Below are positions 23,844 through 33,391 of a DNA stretch of 39,283 nucleotides, one piece after another. Below the pieces are notes generated by a model. It was given only the letters and a program-made list of their open reading frames with translations. It was not told where the DNA came from and searched no databases. The stretch comes from a virus (lineage: Duplodnaviria; Caudoviricetes), in the IMG/VR virus record IMGVR_UViG_3300030012_000948, positions 1-39,283 of that record. One strand, written 5' to 3'. How positions within the stretch are numbered: position 1 is the stretch's first letter; each line of letters begins with the position of its first letter. The translations under genes and the position numbers were made by a program.

Positions 23844-24295
23844 ATAGTTTTTATAACATAATAGATAAAATAAAAGAAGTAGTTTCAGCTGAACCATTTA
23901 ACAATGAAATAACATTTGGTGATATAGCTGATATAGATTTAAAGAAACAAAGTTTATTTCCATTATCACACATAATGGTTAATAACATGAATATAGAAGA
24001 GCAACATGTTACTTTTAATATTACTTTATTTCTTATGGATTTAGTTGACATAAGCAATGAACCAGATGCAACTTTATTTTTAGGTAATGATAATAGGCAA
24101 GATATATTAAATACACAAGCAGCTTTAGCTACAAGGGTTATAAGGGTGTTACAAAAAAGTGATTTATATAAAGATGAATTTCAGTTAATAGGCACAGCAA
24201 GTTGTGAGCCATTCACTGAAAGATTTGATAATATGTTGGCTGGTTGGGCAATTACTTTTGATGTTGGTGCTAAAGATGAAATGACTTACTGCTAA
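23840..24295 (+). CDS. Probable tail terminator/completion protein
   Basis: 151 aa acidic protein in the tail operon; positional inference. Confidence 0.5.
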   Translation: MNSFYNIIDKIKEVVSAEPFNNEITFGDIADIDLKKQSLFPLSHIMVNNMNIEEQHVTFNITLFLMDLVDISNEPDATLFLGNDNRQDILNTQAALATRVIRVLQKSDLYKDEFQLIGTASCEPFTERFDNMLAGWAITFDVGAKDEMTYC

Positions 24296-24774
24296 TGAGT
24301 GAATTTAGAAAAGCTTTAGAGAAATACGCAAAGTATGTTATACAGCAATCACGTAGTAATTTAACACGTGGTAAAAATAATGCATCTAAGGCATTATATA
24401 ACAGTTTAGAATATAATATTAAAGGTGATAAGGTTTCTTTTCTTAGTGAAGATTATGGGCAGTTTGTAGATAAGGGTGTAAAGGGTTCTAAATCAACATA
24501 TCCAGAAAGTTCTGCAAGTCCATTTAAATATACTACTAAACAACCACCAAGTAAAGTATTTGACAAATGGAGTATTAGAAAAGGAATAGCACCAAGAGAT
24601 AAACAAGGCAGATTTGTTAAAAGACAATCACTAAATTTTTTAATTGCAAGAAGTATTAAAAACAAAGGAATTAGAGCAACATTATTTTTTACTAAACCAT
24701 TTGAACGTGGTTTAGATTTATACGGAGATGAAATAGTTGCTGGTTATTTAGAAGATAAATTGAATTTACAATGA
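24295..24774 (+). CDS. Probable neck/tail completion protein (HK97 gp10-like)
   Basis: Basic 159 aa with 'LYNSL...YGQFVDKG...GI....FF' pattern. Confidence 0.55.
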   Translation: MSEFRKALEKYAKYVIQQSRSNLTRGKNNASKALYNSLEYNIKGDKVSFLSEDYGQFVDKGVKGSKSTYPESSASPFKYTTKQPPSKVFDKWSIRKGIAPRDKQGRFVKRQSLNFLIARSIKNKGIRATLFFTKPFERGLDLYGDEIVAGYLEDKLNLQ

Positions 24775-25907
24775 GTACAATAATAAGAACAAGAAGTCCA
24801 TTTTTTATAAGAACACCACAAGAAGCAGATAGTAATTTAAGTTACTTTCAAATAACTATTAGCATATTTAGTGGTTTAAGTACATCAACAACACCTTGTG
24901 ATGATTTAGCAGTTTCATATCAATTACAAAAGAAACCATTAGGAGCTGAAAACTCTGTAACTGTTGATATTAGTGAAATAGTAAATGACCAAATAGAACA
25001 AATATTTACAGGCACTTATTCTGCTTCATCTGCTAAAGCTTCTGTTTGGGTAACAGTAACAACATCAGCAAGGCAATCAGATGGCACTATAATTGGCACA
25101 GCAACATCCAACACTTACTTAGCACAAGAGGGCTTTAACAAATTCAAAGAAGGAGTTAATTATACAACAGAACCTATTGCAATGATTAGTGGTTCTTATA
25201 TACAATACGATAGAAACGGAACAGCAACAATACCAGTTAATGTGGAAAGAGTTACTTCTGTTCAATGGCGTTCTGGAACTGGTGTAAGAGAAACAGATTC
25301 ATTTACTGATAATAGTAATTCAAATCAAAAAATTCAATATGCTCAATTTACCAGTACAACATTATTAGATAATGCTTTAGTTACTTATGATAGTGGTAGC
25401 ACTACAACAATTACATTAGCACCAACAGAAGAATGTAAATATCCAGTAAACAAAATAACATTTGTAAACAGATGGGGTGCAATGCAAGATTTATTTTTCT
25501 TTAAAAAATCTGTAGATAGTTTAGAAAGCAGAAGTGAGAGTTTTAACAGAAGCATATTTAAAGCAAGAAGTGTATCATTAGCACCAGGAGAAGAACCAGA
25601 AGAACCTTGTGAAGAAACAATCACTTATAATAGTTATTCAACTACAGCACATGCCAAAAAAACATTTAATGCTAATGCAACAGAATCTGTTTTATTAAAT
25701 AGTGGTTTTGTTAATGAATTAATGAATCCATATTTTGAAGAGTTAATGGTTAGTGAGAATATATGGTTAACAGATTCAGACAATGTAATTTATCCAGTTA
25801 ATTTAAAAGAAAGTTCATTTACTAAAAAGACAGGTTTAAATGATAGGTTAATAAACTATACAATGAACTTTGAAAAAGCATTTGATTTAGTAAACAATAT
25901 TAGATAA
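24771..25907 (+). CDS. Tail tip/baseplate structural protein
   Basis: 378 aa predicted beta-rich, 'FVNRWG' motif, in the tail operon. Confidence 0.55.
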   Translation: MSTIIRTRSPFFIRTPQEADSNLSYFQITISIFSGLSTSTTPCDDLAVSYQLQKKPLGAENSVTVDISEIVNDQIEQIFTGTYSASSAKASVWVTVTTSARQSDGTIIGTATSNTYLAQEGFNKFKEGVNYTTEPIAMISGSYIQYDRNGTATIPVNVERVTSVQWRSGTGVRETDSFTDNSNSNQKIQYAQFTSTTLLDNALVTYDSGSTTTITLAPTEECKYPVNKITFVNRWGAMQDLFFFKKSVDSLESRSESFNRSIFKARSVSLAPGEEPEEPCEETITYNSYSTTAHAKKTFNANATESVLLNSGFVNELMNPYFEELMVSENIWLTDSDNVIYPVNLKESSFTKKTGLNDRLINYTMNFEKAFDLVNNIR

Positions 25908-28102
25908 TGCAAAAGGTTATTCTATACATACAACCACAACTAAGGACAACTACAACTACACAAGATTTTGTTAGAGTTGATTTAATGGAAGAAGATTTAA
26001 TTGAACTAACTCAAGTTATTCAAGATGCAAGAGATATTGAAAAAATATTTACTGATTATTCAAGGACTTTTAATTTACCAGCAAGTAAAACAAATAACAA
26101 GATTTTTAAACATTGGTATAATCCAGATATTGATGGTTTTGATAATCAAATATTTTGTAATGCACGAATAGAATTAAACCACTTGCATTTTAGGTTTGGC
26201 AAAATAAAATTAGAAGAAGCAGTTTTAAAAAATAATGAAATATCAATGTATAAAGTAACATTTTTTGGTGATACTTTAACACTCACAGAATTAATTGGTG
26301 AAGATAGTTTAGATAGTTTATTGTGGTTAAATAATTTTAATCATATTGCCACTAATGCCTATATAAAAGATGCTTTAGAAAATGGCAAAGATTTTACTGT
26401 TGATAGTGTAAGTTATCCAAATGCAATTATATATCCATTAATAGCACACTCACAAAGCTATATTTTTGATGATACTAATAATTTAGATAATGGTTTAAAT
26501 TTAAGTGTTGCTTCTTCACATCACAATAAAAGAGGTGTATTTCCTGAAGATTTAAAACCAGCTATAACTGTTAAAGTTATTTTTAAAGCTATTGAAGAAC
26601 AGTATGGTATAACTTTTAAAACAGGTGAGTTTTTAGATTCTTCTGCTATGACTAACTTATACTTGTGGTTACATAGAGAAAAAGGTAAATTAGTTGCACC
26701 AAATAGTAAAGAACTTAAAACTGCTTTTACTTGCACATCAGGTACAACAGTATGTAATCATTTTAGCTCAACTCAACCACCAATTGGTCCAGAGTCAACA
26801 GGTGGTTCATATATATTTAGTGATAATAATACAGGAGGGCAACCAGAAGGATTTAATTTTGCAGCTCAAATAATACCAACAGATAATACTATTGAATATG
26901 CTATTGATATTATTAATGAAAATGATGGTGTAGTACACGCAACTTTAGAAGGTGTTACAGGTACTCAATCTTTAAGTGTTGGTTTTGGTTTTAATTCAAT
27001 TAATCCAATAGCACAAGGGCAAGGATTTACATTAATAGCTAAAGTAAGAAGTGCAAGTACATTAACTTTTGATTCTGTTTTAACCTGTCAACATTTTGTG
27101 TTTAATTCAAGCACATTAAGTTATGATACTTATTCAGGAACATTTACACAAGATGCTAATTTAACAACTGACCAAACTATTACAATAAGAAACCAAGTAC
27201 CAGATATTAAAGTATTAGATTTTTTAAGAGCATTTTTTAATATGCACAACTTAACTGCATTTTTAAATTTTAATGGTGAAGTGGTTGTTAAAACATTAGA
27301 TAATTTTTATAGTGGTGGAGATACTTTTGACATAACTCCATTTGTAAAAACAGATGAACATACTGTAGGTGCAACAGTTCCATTTAGTGAAGTAGATTAT
27401 GAATATGCAGAACCAAAAAGCATTTTAGCACAACAATTTTTAAACACTAATAATCAAAAGTATGGTGAATTAAATTATGTAGCTGATATTACTAAAAGTA
27501 AAAAGTATGAAATTAAAATACCTTTTGAGCACATGTTGTTTGAAAGATTACAAGATAAAACAAGTAGTGCTTTAACTACAGTTCAGGTTGGTAGTTTTTT
27601 AAATGAAGAACTTGAACCAAGTATTGGACAACCACTTTTATTTTATGGTATCTATCAACAGAATCAGGATAATATTAATTTTATTTATAATACAAGACCA
27701 GCAGTTTATGGAGCTCTAGCAGATAATCCAGCTAATAATTCTGATGTTTTTAACTTAAATGATTATTGGATTCCAAGTGTGTGTAATGAATTAGGTACAT
27801 CATCAACACCACCTACATATAATTTAAATTTTGGTAGTGAAATAAATACTTATACACTAACTGATTATGGTGGTAATAATAATAGTTTATTTCAAACTTA
27901 TTACACTAATTACATCACAAGAGTATTTAACAAAAGAACAAGAATATTCAAGTTTTCTGCAATACTACCACTTAAAGTATTATTAAATCTAACATTAGAT
28001 GATTTAATTGTAGTTGGTACAAGAGCATACACAATAAATAAAATGTCAACTAAATTACAATCAGGTGAAACCAATTTTGAACTACTAAATGAACCATCAT
28101 GA
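25907..28102 (+). CDS. Large tail tip/hub protein
   Basis: 731 aa, 'YSRTFNLPASKTNNKIF' N-terminus typical of Bacteroidota phage tail proteins. Confidence 0.6.
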   Translation: MQKVILYIQPQLRTTTTTQDFVRVDLMEEDLIELTQVIQDARDIEKIFTDYSRTFNLPASKTNNKIFKHWYNPDIDGFDNQIFCNARIELNHLHFRFGKIKLEEAVLKNNEISMYKVTFFGDTLTLTELIGEDSLDSLLWLNNFNHIATNAYIKDALENGKDFTVDSVSYPNAIIYPLIAHSQSYIFDDTNNLDNGLNLSVASSHHNKRGVFPEDLKPAITVKVIFKAIEEQYGITFKTGEFLDSSAMTNLYLWLHREKGKLVAPNSKELKTAFTCTSGTTVCNHFSSTQPPIGPESTGGSYIFSDNNTGGQPEGFNFAAQIIPTDNTIEYAIDIINENDGVVHATLEGVTGTQSLSVGFGFNSINPIAQGQGFTLIAKVRSASTLTFDSVLTCQHFVFNSSTLSYDTYSGTFTQDANLTTDQTITIRNQVPDIKVLDFLRAFFNMHNLTAFLNFNGEVVVKTLDNFYSGGDTFDITPFVKTDEHTVGATVPFSEVDYEYAEPKSILAQQFLNTNNQKYGELNYVADITKSKKYEIKIPFEHMLFERLQDKTSSALTTVQVGSFLNEELEPSIGQPLLFYGIYQQNQDNINFIYNTRPAVYGALADNPANNSDVFNLNDYWIPSVCNELGTSSTPPTYNLNFGSEINTYTLTDYGGNNNSLFQTYYTNYITRVFNKRTRIFKFSAILPLKVLLNLTLDDLIVVGTRAYTINKMSTKLQSGETNFELLNEPS

Positions 28103-28236
28103 AAACAATATTAGAAGCATTAGAATTTTGTAAAGAAAATAAATTATATGATAAACATATAAAGATAGCATTAGGTATCAATAAAGTACCATTAACATTT
28201 AAAGAAGCATTTAACGAATTAAGATTAAGAAGATGA
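28099..28236 (+). CDS. Small hypothetical protein (45 aa)
   Basis: MKTILEALEFCKENKLYDKHIKIALGINKVPLTFKEAFNELRLRR; ATGA overlaps at both ends. Confidence 0.65.
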   Translation: MKTILEALEFCKENKLYDKHIKIALGINKVPLTFKEAFNELRLRR

Positions 28237-30608
28237 AAACAATTAATTATACAGTTGACATAAAAACCAAAACTTCTTCTGTTAAACAAGGAGAGAAAGA
28301 TGTTAAAGATTTAGGTAAAACAACTAAAAAAGTTTCTAAAGATGCAACTAAAAACTTAGATGCAATGGGTGGAGCATTAAATGCTTTACCAGCTCCAATA
28401 CAAAGAATTGTAACAGGTTTTCAAACTTTAAAAGTTGCATTATTATCTTCTGGTATCGGAGCATTTATTGTAGCTGCTGGTGCATTAGCTGGATTATTTA
28501 CTGCTGCAACTAAAAAAGGTGCTGAATTTTCAAAAGCATTATCTGGATTAGAAGCAGTTCTTGGAGCAAGTGATGATGAAATGAATCAACTATCTAAATC
28601 AGCAAAAGAACTTGGTTCATCAACTCAATTCACAGCAAAAGAAGTTGTTAGTTTACAAACAGAATTTGCTAAACTTGGATTTTCAACAAAAGAAATACTT
28701 AAATCTACAAAAGCAACATTAGATTTAGCGGCTTCTTTAGATGTTGGTCTTGGTGAAGCAGCATCGATAGCTGGTTCAACTTTAAGAGCGTTTGGATTAG
28801 AAGCACAAGAAACTCAAAGAGTTGTTGATGTAATGGCTTCATCCACAAGTAAATCTGCTTTAGATTATGATTCCTTAAGAGAATCTTTAAAACTTGTAGC
28901 TCCTACTTCAAGAGCGATGAATGTGAGTATTGAAGAAACAACTGCTCTTTTAGCTACTCTTGCTGATAATGGTTTAAAAGGTTCTATTGCTGGAACTGGA
29001 CTGAGCAAAACTTTTATTGAATTAAATAAAAAAGGTATTCCACTTAATGAAGCACTTGAAAGAGTTAAAAATAGTTCTAATTCTTTAAATAAAGCAATTG
29101 ATTTAGTTGGAGTTGTTGGTTCTAAATCACTTTTAACACTTGCTAATAATGCTCCTAAAATAGACACTTTAACAACTGCTTTTGAAAATTCACAAGGTGC
29201 TGCTCAAAGATTAGCAGAAACAAGATTAGATAATTTAGCAGGAGATACCACTAAATTAAGTTCAGCATGGGAAGGATTTTTATTATCTGTTGAAGATGGT
29301 GAAGGTATATTTAGTAAAATAGCAAGAGGATTTGTCCAAGCATTAACAGGAATTGTAAATACTTTAACTTTTGTTAGTAAAGCAACAGGAGCGTTTTTTG
29401 CAGAAATAAGAGAAACTGCTGGCATTTCTTTAGCAGTTCTTAAAACAGGAATAAAAAACACTTTAAGAGGTATACAAAATTCTTTTTTAAGTTTTAAAGA
29501 AACTATTGCTGATATTCCTTTTATTGGAAAAGCAATTGATAAAGAAAAACTTGCAAAAGATAGAGAAGCATTAAACCAAGCATTAGCAAAAGCAAATGAG
29601 GATGCTAAATACTGGGCTGATATAAGTAAGAAACGAGCAGAAGAAGGCAATCTTTTTGAAAGAACTATAAATAGGTTAAAACAAAAAGAACAACAAAGAA
29701 GTAATGAAGAATTAGAAGAAAGCAATAAGAATAAATCAGATGCTAATGTAAAAGGGTTAGAAGAAGAAGAAAAGAAAACAACGGATTTAATAAAATTAAA
29801 ACAAGAAGAACTTAAAGCAATATTAAATGTAGATGCAGCAACAAGAAAAGAGTTAGCAATTAGAAATGAAAAAGTTAAAGCAATACAAGCTGAAATTAAA
29901 GAACTACAAAATTTAAGAACAGCTAAATTTGATATTGAAAAAATCGACACAGAATCTTTACCTACTTTAAAAGCAAGAGAGATTGAAAAAATAGAAATTA
30001 GAACTGGCGCAGAAGATTTAATTTCAAGAAATATCAAAAAAATTAAAGACCAAACAACACGTGATGATGTTATTAGAGAAAATGAAGATTTTGAAAGAAA
30101 AAAAGCTCTTGCGAATGCACAAGTTGATATTGCTTTAGGTGCTTTAAGTTCTATTGGTCAAATTGCTGATGCTTTTGCTAAAGGAGATGAAAAAAGGGCA
30201 AAGAAAGCATTTAAAATAAATAAAGCTATTGGTATTGCACAGGCAACAATTAACACAGCGAGAGGTATTGTAAATGAACTTTCACACCCTGTCAAAAGTT
30301 TAACTTTTACAAACTATGCTGCTGCTGCTGCAATGGCATTGGCTGGAGCTGCTCAAATAGCAACAATATCTGCAACAAGATTTGATTCTGGTGGGGGTGC
30401 TAAACCAACAACAACAGACGATACTGGTGGTGGTAGTTTAAATGCTGCAACACAACCACCATCTTTCAACGTAGTAGGGCAAAGTCAAGCAAATCAAGTG
30501 GCAATGGCTCTTACAAATCAACCACCAGCACAAGCATTTGTAGTAGCTGGAGATGTTACAACAGCACAACAACTACAAAACAATACAATACAACAAGCAA
30601 CTTTTTAA
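28233..30608 (+). CDS. Tail tape measure protein (TP901-family core)
   Basis: 'LGSSTQFTAKEV...AKLGF...GLKGSIAGT...LDNLAGD...LSSAWEG' core; Ala-rich and helical; 791 aa. Confidence 0.9.
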   Translation: MKTINYTVDIKTKTSSVKQGEKDVKDLGKTTKKVSKDATKNLDAMGGALNALPAPIQRIVTGFQTLKVALLSSGIGAFIVAAGALAGLFTAATKKGAEFSKALSGLEAVLGASDDEMNQLSKSAKELGSSTQFTAKEVVSLQTEFAKLGFSTKEILKSTKATLDLAASLDVGLGEAASIAGSTLRAFGLEAQETQRVVDVMASSTSKSALDYDSLRESLKLVAPTSRAMNVSIEETTALLATLADNGLKGSIAGTGLSKTFIELNKKGIPLNEALERVKNSSNSLNKAIDLVGVVGSKSLLTLANNAPKIDTLTTAFENSQGAAQRLAETRLDNLAGDTTKLSSAWEGFLLSVEDGEGIFSKIARGFVQALTGIVNTLTFVSKATGAFFAEIRETAGISLAVLKTGIKNTLRGIQNSFLSFKETIADIPFIGKAIDKEKLAKDREALNQALAKANEDAKYWADISKKRAEEGNLFERTINRLKQKEQQRSNEELEESNKNKSDANVKGLEEEEKKTTDLIKLKQEELKAILNVDAATRKELAIRNEKVKAIQAEIKELQNLRTAKFDIEKIDTESLPTLKAREIEKIEIRTGAEDLISRNIKKIKDQTTRDDVIRENEDFERKKALANAQVDIALGALSSIGQIADAFAKGDEKRAKKAFKINKAIGIAQATINTARGIVNELSHPVKSLTFTNYAAAAAMALAGAAQIATISATRFDSGGGAKPTTTDDTGGGSLNAATQPPSFNVVGQSQANQVAMALTNQPPAQAFVVAGDVTTAQQLQNNTIQQATF

Positions 30609-30619
30609 AATAAAATACA

Positions 30620-32227
30620 ATGGATATAATAGAATTAATATTAGATGAAGAAAATGAAGAGATGGTTGGAATAGATGCGGTTAGTATCGTAGAGAATCCA
30701 GCTATTGAATCAGATTTTATTGCATTAGCAAGTGATGAAATACAACTTGCAAAAATAGATGAAGAGAAAAAACTTCTTCTTGGTGCAGCACTTATACCAA
30801 ACAAGCCAATATTTAGAAAGCGTAATGATACTATGTTTTATGTTTACTTTTCAAAAGATACAGTAAGAAGAGCAAGTGAATTGTTTTTTCAAAACAGTAA
30901 TCAAAACAACGCAACCTTAGAACACCAAATGAGTGTTAATGGTTTAACTGTTGTAGAATCTTGGATAGTAGAAGATACTAAAATGGATAAATCTGCTAAG
31001 TATGGTTTAGAAATGCCTGAGGGTACTTGGATGATTTCTATGAAAGTGGAGAATAATGAAGTTTGGACTGATTATGTTAAAACTGGTAAAGTAAAGGGTT
31101 TCTCAATTGAAGGATTTTTTTCTGACCGAGCAAAAATTAAAAAACCTGATACAAAAGCAGAGATGGCAGCTATTGAAGAAGAGGAAGCTGAATATATGCT
31201 TAGTAATATTAAGGCACTAATTAAGAAAGATGGTAGAACTAAATCTGGCAAAAAGATAACATTAGAAACTTATAATGATTATCCACAAGCAGTAAGTAAT
31301 AATGCTAAAAGAGGTATTGAACTAAATGAAAAAGTTAATAATAAATGTGCAACACAAGTTGGTAAAATAAGAGCGCAACAATTAGCACAAAAAGAAAACA
31401 TTAGTTTACAAACTTTAAAAAGGATGTACAGTTATTTAAGTAGAGCGCAAGAATATTATGATGAAGGAGATACAAAAGCGTGTGGTACAATTAGTTATTT
31501 ACTATGGGGTGGTAAAGCTGGCCTTAGATGGAGTGAAAGCAAGTTAAAAGAACTTGGTGAAATTAATTTAGCTTCTATGGTGGTTGATGATAACTTTGCA
31601 ATAATAGATGATAGATTAGCTTATAAAACTCAAGAGAAAGCTGAGGAGATGGCTAAAAATATAGGTTGTGAAGGTTTTCACGTTCACGAATTTGAGGGTA
31701 AAGAGTGGTATATGCCTTGTGAAAAACATAGTTTGCAAGAATACAAATGCCCAGAAGGATTTGTAAAAAAAGATGGTAGATGCGTTAAAAAAAAAAGTAG
31801 CTATGCAGAAGTAGGAGAAAGAGGTGGAGTTAAGAAATCACCTAAAGCACCAGCATCTGGAACACCAAATAAAAATCCTAAAGGAAAAGGTACTGCTAAA
31901 GGAGATGCCTCAACAAGTAGAGGAGCTAAAGTAAGTAAAGCAGATGAAGCAACACTACAAAAGAAATCTGATGAATTTAACGAAAGATATAAAGAAAAGT
32001 TAGGATATGGAGTTACTATTGGACAATTAAAAACAGTTTTTCAACGTGGATTAGGTGCATTTAATGTATCACATTCACCAAGAGTAACCTCAGCTAAACA
32101 ATGGGCATTAGCAAGAGTAAATGCTTATTTATATCTTGTAAAAAATGGTAGGCCACAAAATCCTAAATATGTAGGAGATTTTGATTTGCTACCAAGTAAA
32201 CATCCTAAATCACCAAAAAATAAATAA
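30620..32227 (+). CDS. Prohead serine protease (XkdF-like) fused to several accessory domains
   Basis: 'AVSIVENPAIE...TLEH...VESW...GTW...GKVKGFSIEG' protease domain followed by ~350 aa of extra modules. Confidence 0.78.
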   Translation: MDIIELILDEENEEMVGIDAVSIVENPAIESDFIALASDEIQLAKIDEEKKLLLGAALIPNKPIFRKRNDTMFYVYFSKDTVRRASELFFQNSNQNNATLEHQMSVNGLTVVESWIVEDTKMDKSAKYGLEMPEGTWMISMKVENNEVWTDYVKTGKVKGFSIEGFFSDRAKIKKPDTKAEMAAIEEEEAEYMLSNIKALIKKDGRTKSGKKITLETYNDYPQAVSNNAKRGIELNEKVNNKCATQVGKIRAQQLAQKENISLQTLKRMYSYLSRAQEYYDEGDTKACGTISYLLWGGKAGLRWSESKLKELGEINLASMVVDDNFAIIDDRLAYKTQEKAEEMAKNIGCEGFHVHEFEGKEWYMPCEKHSLQEYKCPEGFVKKDGRCVKKKSSYAEVGERGGVKKSPKAPASGTPNKNPKGKGTAKGDASTSRGAKVSKADEATLQKKSDEFNERYKEKLGYGVTIGQLKTVFQRGLGAFNVSHSPRVTSAKQWALARVNAYLYLVKNGRPQNPKYVGDFDLLPSKHPKSPKNK

Positions 32228-32228
32228 T

Positions 32229-32381
32229 ATGAAAAGTAAAAAATTTGTAACACCAAGTAATACATCACCTAAAAACACTAATAGAGGTTGTTTGTGTCCT
32301 GATGGTAAAAGATATAGTAGAAAATGTTGTGATGGCTCATTACAAGCTCAAGGTATAGGTTCTATTACTGGCAGTAATTAA
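32229..32381 (+). CDS. Small basic Cys-rich protein, copy B
   Basis: Homologue of 532..684. Confidence 0.8.
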   Translation: MKSKKFVTPSNTSPKNTNRGCLCPDGKRYSRKCCDGSLQAQGIGSITGSN

Positions 32382-32411
32382 AAAAAGCCACTCTTTTGAA
32401 GTGGCTCTTTT
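32380..32411. terminator. Bidirectional terminator, copy B
   Basis: Same stem-loop as 683..712. Confidence 0.8.
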
Positions 32412-32430
32412 ATTTTAGTTTTTTAGGTAT

Positions 32431-32625
32431 TTATTTAAAATCATAAATACTTTGGAGATAATCAATTACACTATAATACATAGTATCTAAAAAAGTAGTT
32501 TTTTCGTTGTGTTTCCAATTACCATCTTTTTGTATAACTGTAAAATCTATATAAGTTCTATTACATCCTATAGATGTATTTTTGTTAATTTTGATGTAGT
32601 TTCCGTTTTTTAATTCAAGTATCAT
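32431..32625 (-). CDS. Accessory small protein in the minus-strand slot, copy B (64 aa, unrelated to 732..944)
   Basis: Same promoter, leader and terminator; different ORF. Confidence 0.8.
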   Translation of the reverse strand: MILELKNGNYIKINKNTSIGCNRTYIDFTVIQKDGNWKHNEKTTFLDTMYYSVIDYLQSIYDFK

Positions 32626-32645
32626 TTGTTTTGGTTTTAATTAAT
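32626..32645 (-). repeat. Conserved 20-nt leader, copy 4
   Basis: Exact copy abutting the ATG. Confidence 0.9.
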
Positions 32646-32713
32646 AATTTATGTAAATATAATTATAATTATTTAATAAACAAGCATTTTATAAAAAAAA
32701 AATTAAAAAAAAA

Positions 32714-32743
32714 TATAACAGTAAAGGTTTTCAAACGTTTATA
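32714..32743 (+). promoter_or_regulatory. Putative late promoter, copy B
   Basis: TATAAC-N16-CGTTTATA; differs from 1037..1066 only in the spacer. Confidence 0.8.
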
Positions 32744-32759
32744 GGTATATACTCAAATT

Positions 32760-33380
32760 ATGAAAGCAAACGAAATACTAAACAAAATAAAAAATATTGT
32801 TGGTGAAAAAGTTGAACTTTCTGAAGAAAAAATAGAAATGGCTGAAATCACATTAGAAAATGGTACTGTACTTGTTGCAGAATCTTTTGAAGCTGGAAAA
32901 TCTGTATTTATTAAAACTGAAGATGAAGAAATTGCTCTTCCTGTTGGTGAATATAAATTAGAAGAAGGCAAAGTTTTAGTTGTAACTGAAGAAGGTTTAA
33001 TTGACAGTATTAAAGAAGCTGCTGAAGAAGCAGTTGAAGAAGAAGAATTATCTGAAGAATCTAATGAAGAAGTAGAAACTGAATTAGAGGAAGAAGAAAA
33101 AGAAGAAATGGAATATGTTACCAAAGAAGAATTCAAATCTGCTGTTGAAGAAATAAAAGCAATGATTGAAAAAATGGGTAACAAAGATAAAGAAGAAATG
33201 AAGGAAGAAGTAATAGAAGAAGTTAAAGAAGAAAAAGAAGAACTTTCTGCTGTTGCTCCTGAACCTGTAAAACATAATCCTGAAGCTGAAGTTGATAATA
33301 AAGTGAATTTTCATATTGCAAGCAATAGAACACAAACAACTAAAGACAGGGTTTTTGATAAAATTTTTAACAATAATTAA
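32760..33380 (+). CDS. Scaffolding protein, copy B
   Basis: Homologue of 1083..1688. Confidence 0.7.
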   Translation: MKANEILNKIKNIVGEKVELSEEKIEMAEITLENGTVLVAESFEAGKSVFIKTEDEEIALPVGEYKLEEGKVLVVTEEGLIDSIKEAAEEAVEEEELSEESNEEVETELEEEEKEEMEYVTKEEFKSAVEEIKAMIEKMGNKDKEEMKEEVIEEVKEEKEELSAVAPEPVKHNPEAEVDNKVNFHIASNRTQTTKDRVFDKIFNNN

Positions 33381-33391
33381 TATAAAATAAA

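Larger units (their letters stand above)
1..31703 (+). mobile_element. One complete, circularly permuted genome unit of a tailed dsDNA phage (siphovirus-like, probable Flavobacteriia host)
   Basis: Terminase, portal, capsid, tape measure, endolysin, helicase and exonuclease genes, almost all on the + strand. The sequence at position 1 (aatggtatatgccttgt) recurs at about 31704 (agtggtatatgccttgt). Confidence 0.93.

Noticed and set aside
28264-28273. Extra AAACCAAAAC match to the RNA 2 seed early in the tape measure gene
   Set aside because: It lies within codons (KTKT) about 30 nt past the start and lacks the rest of the 20-nt leader; probably chance, though not excluded.
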